Sequence record: OP079919.1 | DNA length: 64,000 nt | Reading direction: 5' to 3' (one strand) | Shown: positions 18,555 through 28,654 of the stretch, piece after piece | Numbering within the stretch: the first letter of the stretch is position 1 | Layout: the number at the start of each line of letters is the position of its first letter | The notes under the pieces: model-generated | The model's database searches: none | What the model saw: only the letters and a program-made list of their open reading frames with translations | Told to the model about the DNA's origin: nothing | Program-made: the position numbers and the translations under genes

Positions 18555-20696
18555 ATGACACAGCCAACTCAGAATCCTATTCCCAGTGGGAATATACTGG
18601 ATCAGATTTTTAACGCAGAAAAGATAGATGAAGTTGTCAACAGTGGCAGCGAGCAATATACGGATAGGCTGGGAGTTAAAAGATTCACTATAGCCGGACT
18701 CACTGCTTTAGTCAGAAATTTGATCAATTCGATATCGGGGAATACTGGCGGAGGGAACGTAGGATTAGCTAATGATGAAATGCTTCAGTCTTATTTGGAT
18801 AAGTACGAAAATGCGTCATGCTCGATCTTCAAGTTCCTTTCCCCAGAAGAAGCTAGAAATGCGAATTTAAAACTTCTCGTCAATATAGACCAGGCAGTTG
18901 CCTCCGCAGCCGATGCTGGCGTGAGTTCCATTAAACTCCCACCCGGACACTTTGAGTTTAATACCACCACAATGCTTTATAATGTTTGTATTGTGGGTAG
19001 TAATGAATCAGAAGCCCCAGATCTTCAACTCGAAGCGACAGATGGCTCTTCAGGGAAGTTATCACTGAATACCAAAGGTACCGTATTGCACCTTACTGGT
19101 AATTCCGCAGCAAATGGCATCACCTTTAATACGAATACCCCGTCGTCTTCTGTAGTTGGGGTAAGCCGTTGTTCTGTTTATTATCCCGATCAAGACTGGG
19201 CCAACTGGTCAGTGGGAGGGACAGATATAGATGGCGTGACTTATTATCAGCCGACGGTGTACCCGGCGGCGTTTATAATAAACGGTGGAATGCGGGCTTT
19301 CTTCGATAAAGTCTTTTTTATCAACGCATATCAATGGATAGAAATAAGAGACACCCAAATACCGATGATCGGTAAGATAGCGGGAACCCTCATCAATCGT
19401 GGTGTTCAGATCACACGTATGGGAGCGGGAGGATACACGGATACGGTTAACTCCTATCCTTTCTGGACATGGGCTTGTGGGTTTAGGGGTAACTCCATGC
19501 GAGCCAACCTGTACCAAACCTTTAAGGGAATTTGTTATGAGGTAGGTAACGATGACGGAACGACGCGAACTGTAGAACAGATGCTGATTAATCGTCTTAA
19601 CGTTATCGGGTGTGCGGACGGACTCATTTGTGGTGGAAAGGGCGTGACGCTCAATAGCGCTAAATTCGATAACTGTATGCGAGCCATCACGGTTAACAGT
19701 TTGGATAATTCTGCTTACCACAGTTTCAGCAATGTCTGGGCGTCGTGTTATTACAATAACAATTATGTGTTTAAACAGAGAACTGATGGGAGCGTTTACG
19801 TTTTCTCTACGAATAGTTCGACCCCTGTAAATATTAATAATTTTAATGTTGTAAGATCCGACGGTATAGGGATAAACATGCCGTATGCCTCTGGGTCAAA
19901 CATCAGTAATGTGGTCATTCAACAATTGGGTTGGAAAGGGTTTGTTTTGGGTTCTGCCGGAAGAAGCACAGACGTGTTGAATGTTAACACGTGTAATGTG
20001 AACTTTTATACCGGGGATTCGGCTTTAACCCAGATAGGTTATGAGATTGGCGATTTTGTAAGATGCTCGATTAAAGGACTGCAGTACAAAGGTGGGAGTA
20101 ACGTAACGCCTTACGTCATGACAGGGACATTGAATCCGTACGAATCCGGCAAAGAAATAGATTTAAGTTCTCTCGACGGCCCGCTTTATAAAGGGGTAAG
20201 CCAGTCTATCGTTTCTGTTATTCGTGGGAGAATACGCCGTCTTGTGGGGGTAACAGCAAGTTCTACAGACAGTGTTCTCGTGACATCGTTATCGGGGACT
20301 AATACCGGCGGTACAGCTTTAAACTGCGGCGTGGGTGTAAGAAACACGGTATCAACCGGAAATGGCCATGGGGTGTTAGTACTTTATTCGTCTAAGGCGG
20401 GAGAGCTCGTTGAGACAGCAGAAGTTTTTAACGACGGAGCCGTTTTAGGGGTCAGGCCGCGATCAACAACTGCCGTGCTAGGAGATACGAGTAACCCTTG
20501 GAATTCGGCGGATATAAAAACCATCAGGGCGACCTCGTCGATTACACTTAACGGCAATCCAGTTGGGGTTAAAGTTAGTGTGCCGGCGTCAGCTACCGCC
20601 ACTGGAGTGGTAGGTCAGTGGGCGGCCGATACGACCTATATCTATATTTGTGTGGCCACCAATACTTGGGTGAGGGCCAGTTTAGCAACCTGGTAA
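18555..20696 (+). CDS. Tailspike/depolymerase TSP5
   Basis: Shared anchor, IKLPPGHF, beta-helix, tail-fibre-type end GQWAAD..YIYICVATNTW.R. Confidence 0.85.
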   Translation: MTQPTQNPIPSGNILDQIFNAEKIDEVVNSGSEQYTDRLGVKRFTIAGLTALVRNLINSISGNTGGGNVGLANDEMLQSYLDKYENASCSIFKFLSPEEARNANLKLLVNIDQAVASAADAGVSSIKLPPGHFEFNTTTMLYNVCIVGSNESEAPDLQLEATDGSSGKLSLNTKGTVLHLTGNSAANGITFNTNTPSSSVVGVSRCSVYYPDQDWANWSVGGTDIDGVTYYQPTVYPAAFIINGGMRAFFDKVFFINAYQWIEIRDTQIPMIGKIAGTLINRGVQITRMGAGGYTDTVNSYPFWTWACGFRGNSMRANLYQTFKGICYEVGNDDGTTRTVEQMLINRLNVIGCADGLICGGKGVTLNSAKFDNCMRAITVNSLDNSAYHSFSNVWASCYYNNNYVFKQRTDGSVYVFSTNSSTPVNINNFNVVRSDGIGINMPYASGSNISNVVIQQLGWKGFVLGSAGRSTDVLNVNTCNVNFYTGDSALTQIGYEIGDFVRCSIKGLQYKGGSNVTPYVMTGTLNPYESGKEIDLSSLDGPLYKGVSQSIVSVIRGRIRRLVGVTASSTDSVLVTSLSGTNTGGTALNCGVGVRNTVSTGNGHGVLVLYSSKAGELVETAEVFNDGAVLGVRPRSTTAVLGDTSNPWNSADIKTIRATSSITLNGNPVGVKVSVPASATATGVVGQWAADTTYIYICVATNTWVRASLATW

Positions 20697-20700
20697 TAAT

Positions 20701-20738
20701 TATTACTCCTTCTCCGGTTAACCGGAGAAGGAGTAATA
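20701..20738. terminator. Perfect 38-bp TACTCC-family palindrome between TSP5 and TSP6
   Basis: TATTACTCCTTCTCCGGTT-AACCGGAGAAGGAGTAATA. Confidence 0.75.
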
Positions 20739-20748
20739 GATACGTCCG

Positions 20749-20756
20749 ATTTTATG
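20749..20756 (+). promoter_or_regulatory. Candidate late promoter motif before TSP6
   Basis: ATTTTATGCT. Confidence 0.4.
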
Positions 20757-20821
20757 CTGATCTAAATTCAGTAGACTTGCGCAAGTCTTTTATACTACAT
20801 TCTTTTTAAAGGAGTAACCTC

Positions 20822-22711
20822 GTGGCTACAACTCCAACTACGGGTGATATCCCCAGCAATGCTGCGGTGGACCTTAAGTTTAACTCGGAACAATTCGACC
20901 GAGTAATGAATTCTGACGATCTGACTTATACGGATCGTTTTGGTAAAAAACGTATTACAATGAAAGGGGTTCAGGAACTCGCTAATGGCTTCCAGGATAC
21001 TTTCACTAATCTGTTGGGTTCTCCCGACGGGTTCAAATTAATCGGCGGGGTTAAATCTTTTGATACCCTGAGATCGACACCAGTGAGAACCGAAGGCCAA
21101 CGTATTTTCCTCAAATCCTATTATGAAAACGGAGTTACTGGGAGTGGGATTTTTATTGGGCGCATCGGAACAAAATTAGATGACGGTGGGACAGTAGCTC
21201 AGGGAATTGGATATTACTGGGAACGTATTCCTTGGTCGAGTCTTACTGCGGAAGACTTCGGAGCAAAAGGTGACGGCGTTACTGATGATAGCTCGGCCAT
21301 ACTAGCTGCCGTGGCTTTTTCCTCAAGCACCGGAACATCGATGGGTCTTTTATCTGGCAAAACCTATGTCTTTAAAGGATCTGTTGGATTATCGATCGAC
21401 CTGGGTAAATTTTCTTTCGGTTGTTTTAACGGGAGAAGTAAACTTGATTTTTCTGCTTTCACCGGATCCAACGCAATAAATGTATTTAGTTCCCCGGGCT
21501 ACCCTACCTCCATGTACAGAAACACAACTAACAGACTGATAGGTTTGGAGGTTTACGGTGGGTTAGTTGCTGGCGTAAACGGCTTGCTGCTGGGGCACGA
21601 CGATTATTCCTACAATGGTCAAAGTGTGATAGAACACTGCGCCTTTGTCAGGTTCGATAATGTGATTCTTTGCGGCAAGAACACATGGCGAACTAAGTTT
21701 ATTTGTTGTACAGTCTCCACCGGAATAACCTCGGTCTTTAATGCGCCTGCGGGATTAGAGAATTCAGGAGAATCGGTGACGTTCTCCGGATCGCAAATTA
21801 GCGATTCAAACGGAGCCCCTATTATTGTTAACTGTGCTAGTTTTTCCCTGGGGCTTGTCGGGGGGACTTCAGTACTAAATACACGCATCCTCATTAACGC
21901 CCAAGGCGCGACGGTACTGATGGATGACATGGGTAACGAAGAAAACCCGGGTCAGCAGGGCTTTTATGTTTACGCTGATGTTAAAGGCGCGGGAGCCCGA
22001 CTAATTATCACCAGTTCTACGATAGTTTGCAATAACCCATCAGCTCAAACTAAATCTTTGTTTAATGTCGATCAAAACGCATACATCATCCTTAACAATG
22101 TAAAAATGCAAGGTAATGGTTATAAATTCGAAGTAGATCCGACAGGCGACCAGGTTGGGAAATGGATTAGCGGGAAAGGTAAAGTCTTGGTATCTGGGGT
22201 TACGGGCGATCCGTTATCAGGGGCAGGAAATATCCCAATCCACGAATCGTTGTCACCGATCAGGAACTGGAACTTTGATTCGGGAGATCTGAGCGATTGG
22301 ACCATCAATAATTCAGGATCCGCATCCCAAACCGGAGTGGTCGGTACGGCGTATAAAAAAGTAGGGGATTACGGCCTTCGTCTTACTTCAGTGGCCGGCC
22401 TTAATGTTTTTGCTACCTCTTCTTTCCCTGTGAGACCTGGCGGGTATTATAAAACAAGTTTCTGGGCCAAAGTAGTTACCGCCAACTCAGGTGCGACTAG
22501 TGCCGGCAACCTCACCCTGTCGTTCAAAACAGCTTCCGGAGTACAAATAATCTCACAAACCGCCAATCTTCCTTCCGCGGTCACTGATTGGGCTGTTTAT
22601 GGCGCATTCATTTGTGGGGACGTCCCTGTAGGGGCTGTCACTGCTGAGATAAGTCTGAGAGCGTCTTCCGGAGCTGTGGTTGATTTCGACGCGGTTCTTT
22701 TTAATTTTTAA
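20822..22711 (+). CDS. Tailspike/depolymerase TSP6 with C-terminal CBM-like domain
   Basis: GTG start after AAGGAG; anchor, Gp66-type domain, FGAKGDGVTDDSSAI, C-terminal NWNFDSG..W jelly-roll pattern. Confidence 0.85.
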   Translation: MATTPTTGDIPSNAAVDLKFNSEQFDRVMNSDDLTYTDRFGKKRITMKGVQELANGFQDTFTNLLGSPDGFKLIGGVKSFDTLRSTPVRTEGQRIFLKSYYENGVTGSGIFIGRIGTKLDDGGTVAQGIGYYWERIPWSSLTAEDFGAKGDGVTDDSSAILAAVAFSSSTGTSMGLLSGKTYVFKGSVGLSIDLGKFSFGCFNGRSKLDFSAFTGSNAINVFSSPGYPTSMYRNTTNRLIGLEVYGGLVAGVNGLLLGHDDYSYNGQSVIEHCAFVRFDNVILCGKNTWRTKFICCTVSTGITSVFNAPAGLENSGESVTFSGSQISDSNGAPIIVNCASFSLGLVGGTSVLNTRILINAQGATVLMDDMGNEENPGQQGFYVYADVKGAGARLIITSSTIVCNNPSAQTKSLFNVDQNAYIILNNVKMQGNGYKFEVDPTGDQVGKWISGKGKVLVSGVTGDPLSGAGNIPIHESLSPIRNWNFDSGDLSDWTINNSGSASQTGVVGTAYKKVGDYGLRLTSVAGLNVFATSSFPVRPGGYYKTSFWAKVVTANSGATSAGNLTLSFKTASGVQIISQTANLPSAVTDWAVYGAFICGDVPVGAVTAEISLRASSGAVVDFDAVLFNF

Positions 22712-22719
22712 TGGTGAGC

Positions 22720-22749
22720 TAGGGGAGGGGGCGCCCTCCTCCCTTATTT
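22720..22749 (+). terminator. GC-rich hairpin between TSP6 and TSP7
   Basis: AGGGGAGG...CCTCC(T)CCCCT followed by TATTT. Confidence 0.6.
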
Positions 22750-22764
22750 ATGAGGTTTCTAAAA

Positions 22765-24480
22765 ATGACCACGCCTACCAATAATGACATTCCGAGCAGT
22801 TCGGTACAAGATAGGTTGTATAACGCCGAGAAATTTGATGAATTCATGAATTCATCGAACACTAATTTCACTGATCGCAAAGGAGTTTCACGATGGACAC
22901 TAAGCGGAATCAGAACTGTTATAAGTAACTGGATGACGAGTCTGAGTAGCAATGCAGGCGGAAACACCATAAAGGTCGATAATGCGCTACTACCAGACTT
23001 GGACTATGCGCCGAGCATTTTTAGATTTATGACCGACGCAGATATCGATTCGATGAAGAACACTCTGGGTAGCGAAGTTCCTGTCGATTACGCCTTACAA
23101 GCAGTTATCGATGCCGGTTATAAGTCAGTCAGATTCCCCCACAACGTTAAGGGCATCTATATTCTTTCTGGGTTGGTAACACTCCCTTCAGCCTTCACAA
23201 TCTTTGGAACGTGTTCCAAACCATATAGTAGTATTACCGACTCTTCCTTCTTAAATAAAGGGGTGACTTTACGTAAAGCCGTCGGGGCGGATTATCTGTT
23301 CGGAGCCGGTTCGGTATTCAGAATTTATGGGTGTAATCTAGATGGAAGAGACAACCTTCGCCCTCTAATCAACCAGACCAATCAAATACGCGGCGGAATA
23401 TTAGAAGATTGCGGGATCTACCGTTTTCTTTATGGAGTCGGGAGTTATGGTTACACCTCTATTGTTGTTAAACGATCATCCATTTGTTCAAATAACATAG
23501 GAATAAGGAACCTTATCGACAGCCGTATTATGGACGTTACCCTCAATGCCAATAAAGGTAACGGGGTCGATAACCAGGTCGGGGCCAATAATAATATTTT
23601 TGAAAACGTCAGGAATGAATGGAATGAAGGGATAGGGTATTATTTTTATGGGTCGGTGGGGAACATCATTACTGGTGAACTTATTGATAGATCTGGTTCG
23701 GCCAATGTTGTCGTCCTGGCCGGTGGATCCGCATTGATTTCAGGGGTTATCTCCCAACGACCCGCTCGTACGTTGAGTGAGGACTCAAGTTATAACACTC
23801 ATTTCTATGTGGCCGGAAGTAAATCAAAACTTTGTTTATCCGGTGTAACTACGGCAACGGGCATTGACGACGGGGGTACCGGAACTTTAACGCCACAAAG
23901 GACAATCGTGATAGGCGGGACGAATACCGACGTGACCGTTCTTTCTAGCGGGTGCGATTTATCGGGAAGTATTCTCTCGCCGTTAAGATTCGACGTTACT
24001 CCAGCTACGGTAGGATTTAGAAACAATATTGGCGTTGACGACTGGGTTAACACCGGGCAATATCAGTTCATCAAAGGAAGAGCGTCGATCGGTAGTCAGA
24101 AAAATGCGGTGATCTTGGCCAGTGGTGTGGGGAGTACCGCGACGTTAGTTTTTGATAACACAGGGTTCGTCGACCCCACTTCTAATTTCCCCGATATACC
24201 TAAGAAACGAAAAATTATCATAGAAAGCATGACTTCGGTATCGGCTTCCAGAACTGTAGGTTTTTATGAAGTTTCGTTATTGACCAGGCGTTTCTCTAGC
24301 ACTGCCGGTTTTGATGTCTTACAGGAAACATCTTATCCTGCTGGAGCGTGGGCGCGGACTACCGCAACTGGTGTTTCTATAAACATTGCCCTCTCAGCGG
24401 ACGCCAAACAGATAACAGTTACGCTAACCAACGTAGATGGCGTCGGAAGATTTATAGATGCTGCTCTTAAGTGGGATTAA
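22765..24480 (+). CDS. Tailspike/depolymerase TSP7
   Basis: ATG after GAGG; variant anchor (DRLYNAEKFDEFMNS..TDRKG.SRWTL), beta-helix with NNN.F.NVRNEWN. Confidence 0.85.
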   Translation: MTTPTNNDIPSSSVQDRLYNAEKFDEFMNSSNTNFTDRKGVSRWTLSGIRTVISNWMTSLSSNAGGNTIKVDNALLPDLDYAPSIFRFMTDADIDSMKNTLGSEVPVDYALQAVIDAGYKSVRFPHNVKGIYILSGLVTLPSAFTIFGTCSKPYSSITDSSFLNKGVTLRKAVGADYLFGAGSVFRIYGCNLDGRDNLRPLINQTNQIRGGILEDCGIYRFLYGVGSYGYTSIVVKRSSICSNNIGIRNLIDSRIMDVTLNANKGNGVDNQVGANNNIFENVRNEWNEGIGYYFYGSVGNIITGELIDRSGSANVVVLAGGSALISGVISQRPARTLSEDSSYNTHFYVAGSKSKLCLSGVTTATGIDDGGTGTLTPQRTIVIGGTNTDVTVLSSGCDLSGSILSPLRFDVTPATVGFRNNIGVDDWVNTGQYQFIKGRASIGSQKNAVILASGVGSTATLVFDNTGFVDPTSNFPDIPKKRKIIIESMTSVSASRTVGFYEVSLLTRRFSSTAGFDVLQETSYPAGAWARTTATGVSINIALSADAKQITVTLTNVDGVGRFIDAALKWD

Positions 24481-24505
24481 GTAGCTAAATTCCTTATTAG
24501 TAGTG

Positions 24506-24573
24506 GAATTGGGGTGTTTTTAACCAACTTACCATTGTCTTTTGCCTCCACCCCAATTCAGTCAAATAAAGGG
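24506..24573 (+). promoter_or_regulatory. Conserved intergenic stem element, copy 2 (TSP7-TSP8)
   Basis: 11-bp stem GAATTGGGGTG/CACCCCAATTC; same loop and 3' motifs as copy 1. Confidence 0.6.
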
Positions 24574-24577
24574 TTCA

Positions 24578-26311
24578 ATGATGACCGCACCGACTAATAA
24601 CAATGTACCGAGTAGCTCGGTTCAAGACAGATTGTACAATGCTGAAAAATTCGATGAATTTATGAATTCGGATAATCCCAATTATACCGATCGTAAGGGG
24701 AACTCCCGCTGGACTCTGAATGGGATAAGAATAGCCATATCCAATTGGATGACGTCATTGGGTACGTCAGTCGGGTCAGCCTATATTGGTAAAGGAAACG
24801 ATACTGTATCCAATCTTTTAGAGGCCTCCATCACTGAATATCTCACCGCTGAAGATCAAAATACACTCAGAAGTTCGTTGGGGGCGGAAGTCAATGTAGA
24901 TTATGCTTTAAAGGCAGCGATCGACGCAGGTATTCTCCGATTAAGATTCCCTAGGATGATAGGGATTTATGTTCTGGGCGCCGACCCTGTTACCCTTCCA
25001 ATAGGCTTTTCTATGGTCGGGGATAGAACCAGGTTATATACAGCGCCTTCCGATTCTACCTTTCTTAACAAGGGTACTGTGCTAAGATTAAGTTCCGGAG
25101 CCTCTTCGCTGTTCTTGTTAACTCAAAAGCATCAGTTTAGCGGAATTAATTTCGATGGCCGTGATAAAACGGTTAACTTAATGAAAGGAGCGGACCAAAC
25201 TCAATTCTGTAGGTTCTATAATTGCGGAATCCATCGATGGTTAAACGGATTGGGCGGATCTTCTTCAGGCGGATATACGGCTACACTTTCAGTATCTTTT
25301 TGTGATATTTCTGGAAATTATCGGGGCGTGCGTAATCTTATCGATTCCAAAATATCGGATAGTACCATTAACGCCAATGACACCAATGGGGTCGAACTTA
25401 ACGTAGGCGCCAATAACAACGTCTTTATTAATGTCAGAAACGAATGGAACAATGGCGTTAACTACTACGGGTATGGGGGTAAGCGCAACATCGTCGTCGG
25501 GGAGCTATGCGATCGAGCCGGACTCAACGGAATTGTTGCTGCGGGAGGCGCCCAGTGGTCCCTCGAAGGAGTGAATGTGCAGCGTTCGGGCAGGCTCGCC
25601 ACCCAGGGATCTGTCGACGACGCCCATTTCTATGTGACTGGTGAAGGATCATCTATCATAATGAGCGGAGTTTACACAACTCAAGGCTCTGACGATACAG
25701 GGGGTGGGAGAGTCTCCCCGTCGTACACTCTGGCTGGTGGAGGAAATTCATCTGACACGAAAACATTCTCGGCCGTGAACAGCGTCTTGAGCGGATTTGG
25801 GGTTTCAGCGATAAGACCTGGGTCCTCCACTTTCTCTAATATGAGCGTTGTGGGTTGTAACGGCTTTTACGATAGAATATCCGGAAACACAATAAATTTC
25901 TACGAAGGAAACTTCTCTTTGGGGAAAAGGGCTTCGTCGTTGAGTTTAAGTGGAACGGGTTCTACGGCACAGATCACATTCCCTACAACAGACTCGTTTC
26001 CGCAATACAGGGTGGGTTTTACCAGACAGTTGCATATAACAGCTAGGAACAACATCAATACGGGATCGGTCGCTTATTACAACGTCCCGCTATTCTTTTA
26101 TAGAGAACAATCGACCGCCGTTGTGCGAGCGAATACAAGTAAAGAAGAAACAATGGTGACCCTCAGCGGAGGAACTTGGGGTTTAACCGCGGCGTCCCCG
26201 ACCGGGGTCGCTATTGACCTGGCGGTTTCTTCTGATGGCCTGACGTTAACCGTAACGCTGACAGCCATCGATAACTCATCAAGAATCATTGATGTGGAAC
26301 TGAGGGCTTAA
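24578..26311 (+). CDS. Tailspike/depolymerase TSP8 (paralog of TSP7)
   Basis: Start moved to ATG after AAAGGG; same anchor subtype and core motifs as TSP7. Confidence 0.85.
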   Translation: MMTAPTNNNVPSSSVQDRLYNAEKFDEFMNSDNPNYTDRKGNSRWTLNGIRIAISNWMTSLGTSVGSAYIGKGNDTVSNLLEASITEYLTAEDQNTLRSSLGAEVNVDYALKAAIDAGILRLRFPRMIGIYVLGADPVTLPIGFSMVGDRTRLYTAPSDSTFLNKGTVLRLSSGASSLFLLTQKHQFSGINFDGRDKTVNLMKGADQTQFCRFYNCGIHRWLNGLGGSSSGGYTATLSVSFCDISGNYRGVRNLIDSKISDSTINANDTNGVELNVGANNNVFINVRNEWNNGVNYYGYGGKRNIVVGELCDRAGLNGIVAAGGAQWSLEGVNVQRSGRLATQGSVDDAHFYVTGEGSSIIMSGVYTTQGSDDTGGGRVSPSYTLAGGGNSSDTKTFSAVNSVLSGFGVSAIRPGSSTFSNMSVVGCNGFYDRISGNTINFYEGNFSLGKRASSLSLSGTGSTAQITFPTTDSFPQYRVGFTRQLHITARNNINTGSVAYYNVPLFFYREQSTAVVRANTSKEETMVTLSGGTWGLTAASPTGVAIDLAVSSDGLTLTVTLTAIDNSSRIIDVELRA

Positions 26312-26378
26312 GGTTATTTCCTACGAAGTGTTAATGCTATGAAGGTAAGGAGTTAACCCACACACAGCAGGTACTTAT

Positions 26379-27152
26379 ATGCATAATCGTAGTGTTAAGC
26401 GTGCTAACCGCGACGCTCGTCGCGAAGCAAGACGTCAAGATAAGTCCCAAAGTAGCCAACTGAAACTGGTGGACAGCAATTTCAGTGAAGTAAATCTACC
26501 TCTTGCAAAAGCTGATCGGAGTAAGATTGAGCCGAAAAACCCAATGCAGCAAAAATATTGGGATGGGTTACATGCCCACGATGTTGTCATCGGTATAGGG
26601 GAAGCGGGTAGCGGTAAAACGTTCCTCCCAACTTGTTATGCCGCGGAACGTCTGATGGCTAAAGACGTGGAAAAGATCATCGTTACACGGCCAGTTTTAC
26701 AGGCCGATGAAGATCTGGGTTTTCTCCCCGGGGATGTTAATGAGAAATTCGCACCTTACTTCCGACCGGTCTACGATATCTTACTGAAACGCCTGGGTGG
26801 TGGAATGCTCAACTATTGCATGAAGCCTGGCGTGGAGAAAGTTGAAGTCGCCCCCTTTGCTTTTATGAGAGGTCGTACTTTTTCTGACTCAGTAGTGATT
26901 CTTGACGAAGCGCAAAACGTTACAGTCATGCAGATGAAAATGTTCATCACTCGTATGGGTGAGAACACTACGGTAATCATCAACGGCGACCTTACCCAGT
27001 GCGATCTTCCTAAAGGAGTTAAATCCGGTCTGGAAGATCTGCTGGAACGCATCGAACGAGATCCTGAAAATGGATTCCCGGTTTATCGTTTCAACGCCGC
27101 TGATAGTGTGCGGTCAGATATTTGCTCCAAAGCCCTGAAGCTTTACAAATAA
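26379..27152 (+). CDS. phoH: PhoH-like ATPase
   Basis: GEAGSGKT, IIVTRPV, LGFLPGD..EK, FMRGRTF, DEAQN, GD.TQ.D. Confidence 0.95.
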   Translation: MHNRSVKRANRDARREARRQDKSQSSQLKLVDSNFSEVNLPLAKADRSKIEPKNPMQQKYWDGLHAHDVVIGIGEAGSGKTFLPTCYAAERLMAKDVEKIIVTRPVLQADEDLGFLPGDVNEKFAPYFRPVYDILLKRLGGGMLNYCMKPGVEKVEVAPFAFMRGRTFSDSVVILDEAQNVTVMQMKMFITRMGENTTVIINGDLTQCDLPKGVKSGLEDLLERIERDPENGFPVYRFNAADSVRSDICSKALKLYK

Positions 27153-27157
27153 GTCCT

Positions 27158-27194
27158 AATAACTCCTATTCCCTTATCGGGAATAGGAGTTATT
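27158..27194. terminator. TACTCC-family hairpin after phoH
   Basis: 16-bp stem, TTATC loop. Confidence 0.8.
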
Positions 27195-27242
27195 TTAAAC
27201 GCGCCACGGCCATTTATGAACTTTTCATAAGAGACTGTAATC

Positions 27243-27710
27243 ATGAACCTCATGTACGATAATTACTACGGAAAAGAAATAATTGGATTGGGTTTAGAGG
27301 GAGAAGTCATCACAATGTTAAATTTGGCGATGACTGACATTAATCACTTCGCTAAGAAAAGTATCGCTAAAGACATCAACCCCTATCCGTTCAATCTGGA
27401 AGATTTTAAACACAACCGTTTAAACGAACACTACTTCCTCGTTTTTGATGGGAAGAAAATAGCGTCGATTCTATCCGTCGTTTACGCTTTAGAGCATCAT
27501 CTCAAAATAGCTAAAATCTTTAACGTTTATACGTTACCGGAGTATCGCCATAAAGGGCTTGCTAAACGCAACCTAATCGCCGCTATCGTGTCGGCAAGAT
27601 CAAATGGGTACATTGTGCAGTTAAACGTTTACAGGTCTAATAAAGCCGCTCAGAGGCTTTACAAGAGCCTTAAATTTAAACCCGTCGAATACACTATGCA
27701 GCTCGGTTAA
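27243..27710 (+). CDS. GNAT acetyltransferase
   Basis: VYTLPEYRHKGLA and V..SNKAAQRLYKSL.F. Confidence 0.85.
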   Translation: MNLMYDNYYGKEIIGLGLEGEVITMLNLAMTDINHFAKKSIAKDINPYPFNLEDFKHNRLNEHYFLVFDGKKIASILSVVYALEHHLKIAKIFNVYTLPEYRHKGLAKRNLIAAIVSARSNGYIVQLNVYRSNKAAQRLYKSLKFKPVEYTMQLG

Positions 27711-27810
27711 TTTTAACGACCATAATGTTTTATTGGTAATAAACGAGAATACGTTGTTTTAAACATCGGTTTGAAATAACACGTTCTCATTTTAAACTGT
27801 AAAATAAAAG

Positions 27811-28608
27811 GTGAATGGAATGAAAGTGACTAAAGAAGAATTGATTGAACGCTTTAATCTAGTAATAGAAAAAGAAGATATTAATTTCAGTGATGGGAGT
27901 GATTCGCTTAAACTGGTCTTAGACAACCCTAAGATGACCTCTCAGGCGTTCGAGAATATAGTGGGGTGGTTAACAGAGATCCTATTCGTTGGGAGCAACC
28001 TGATACATATTAGCGAAGAAACATCATTAACTGGCGTGATTTTCTTAAACGATTTAACAAGCTACTCCAAAAAACTTCATTTAAATAACTCCCGGGTTCA
28101 TCGCACCAATATTTCAAATTTGGCTCAGTGCACCATTGCCGACTCCAAACTCCAAGATGTTTCGATTACGTCGAACGGGGAATTTGGGGAAGGAATTACT
28201 ATTAAATACAGTGATCTTATCGGCTGCGATTTGGTCAATGACTTTATTGATCACAGTTATATCATCAACAGAGATTTGACCGGAAGAACGACTTTGAGGA
28301 ATTGCCGAGTTGCGCACTCCAGACTTTTCTTTGGACTGCAAACGATAACGAATAAAAGATTCTCGTCCGTTATTATCGACGCCCCTCAATTTAGCGGCGA
28401 TTATTTCTCCATCGGATTAAATGGAGAAAGCACCGTAGGGTATATCAATGGAACCGAAAAAGTCATCGTAGCGGGTGAGAAGAGATATAACCTGGGGAGT
28501 TGGGAAGAACAATTTGTTAAGAAAGAACAAAATTTATTCATTAAAATGATGAATCAAAAGAAATTAGAAATGATGAATATGTTCTTCGATAGTTTGGCGT
28601 TTAAATAA
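27811..28608 (+). CDS. Hypothetical protein with short beta-repeat character
   Basis: Long ORF; start may be ATG 27820. Confidence 0.65.
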   Translation: MNGMKVTKEELIERFNLVIEKEDINFSDGSDSLKLVLDNPKMTSQAFENIVGWLTEILFVGSNLIHISEETSLTGVIFLNDLTSYSKKLHLNNSRVHRTNISNLAQCTIADSKLQDVSITSNGEFGEGITIKYSDLIGCDLVNDFIDHSYIINRDLTGRTTLRNCRVAHSRLFFGLQTITNKRFSSVIIDAPQFSGDYFSIGLNGESTVGYINGTEKVIVAGEKRYNLGSWEEQFVKKEQNLFIKMMNQKKLEMMNMFFDSLAFK

Positions 28609-28614
28609 TAAAGT

Positions 28615-28650
28615 TTTACTCTACCTCGCGATATCGCGAGGTAGAGTAAA
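28615..28650. terminator. Perfect 36-bp palindrome, bidirectional terminator between convergent genes
   Basis: TTTACTCTACCTCGCGAT-ATCGCGAGGTAGAGTAAA. Confidence 0.8.
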
Positions 28651-28654
28651 TTGT

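Noticed and set aside
19209-19721. 170-aa antisense ORF and other short ORFs inside the tailspike genes
   Set aside because: Shadows of long real ORFs with atypical composition
10196-26311. Diversity-generating retroelement or shufflon acting on the tailspikes
   Set aside because: No reverse transcriptase or recombinase seen; no near-identical TR/VR pair; anchors differ at many synonymous sites
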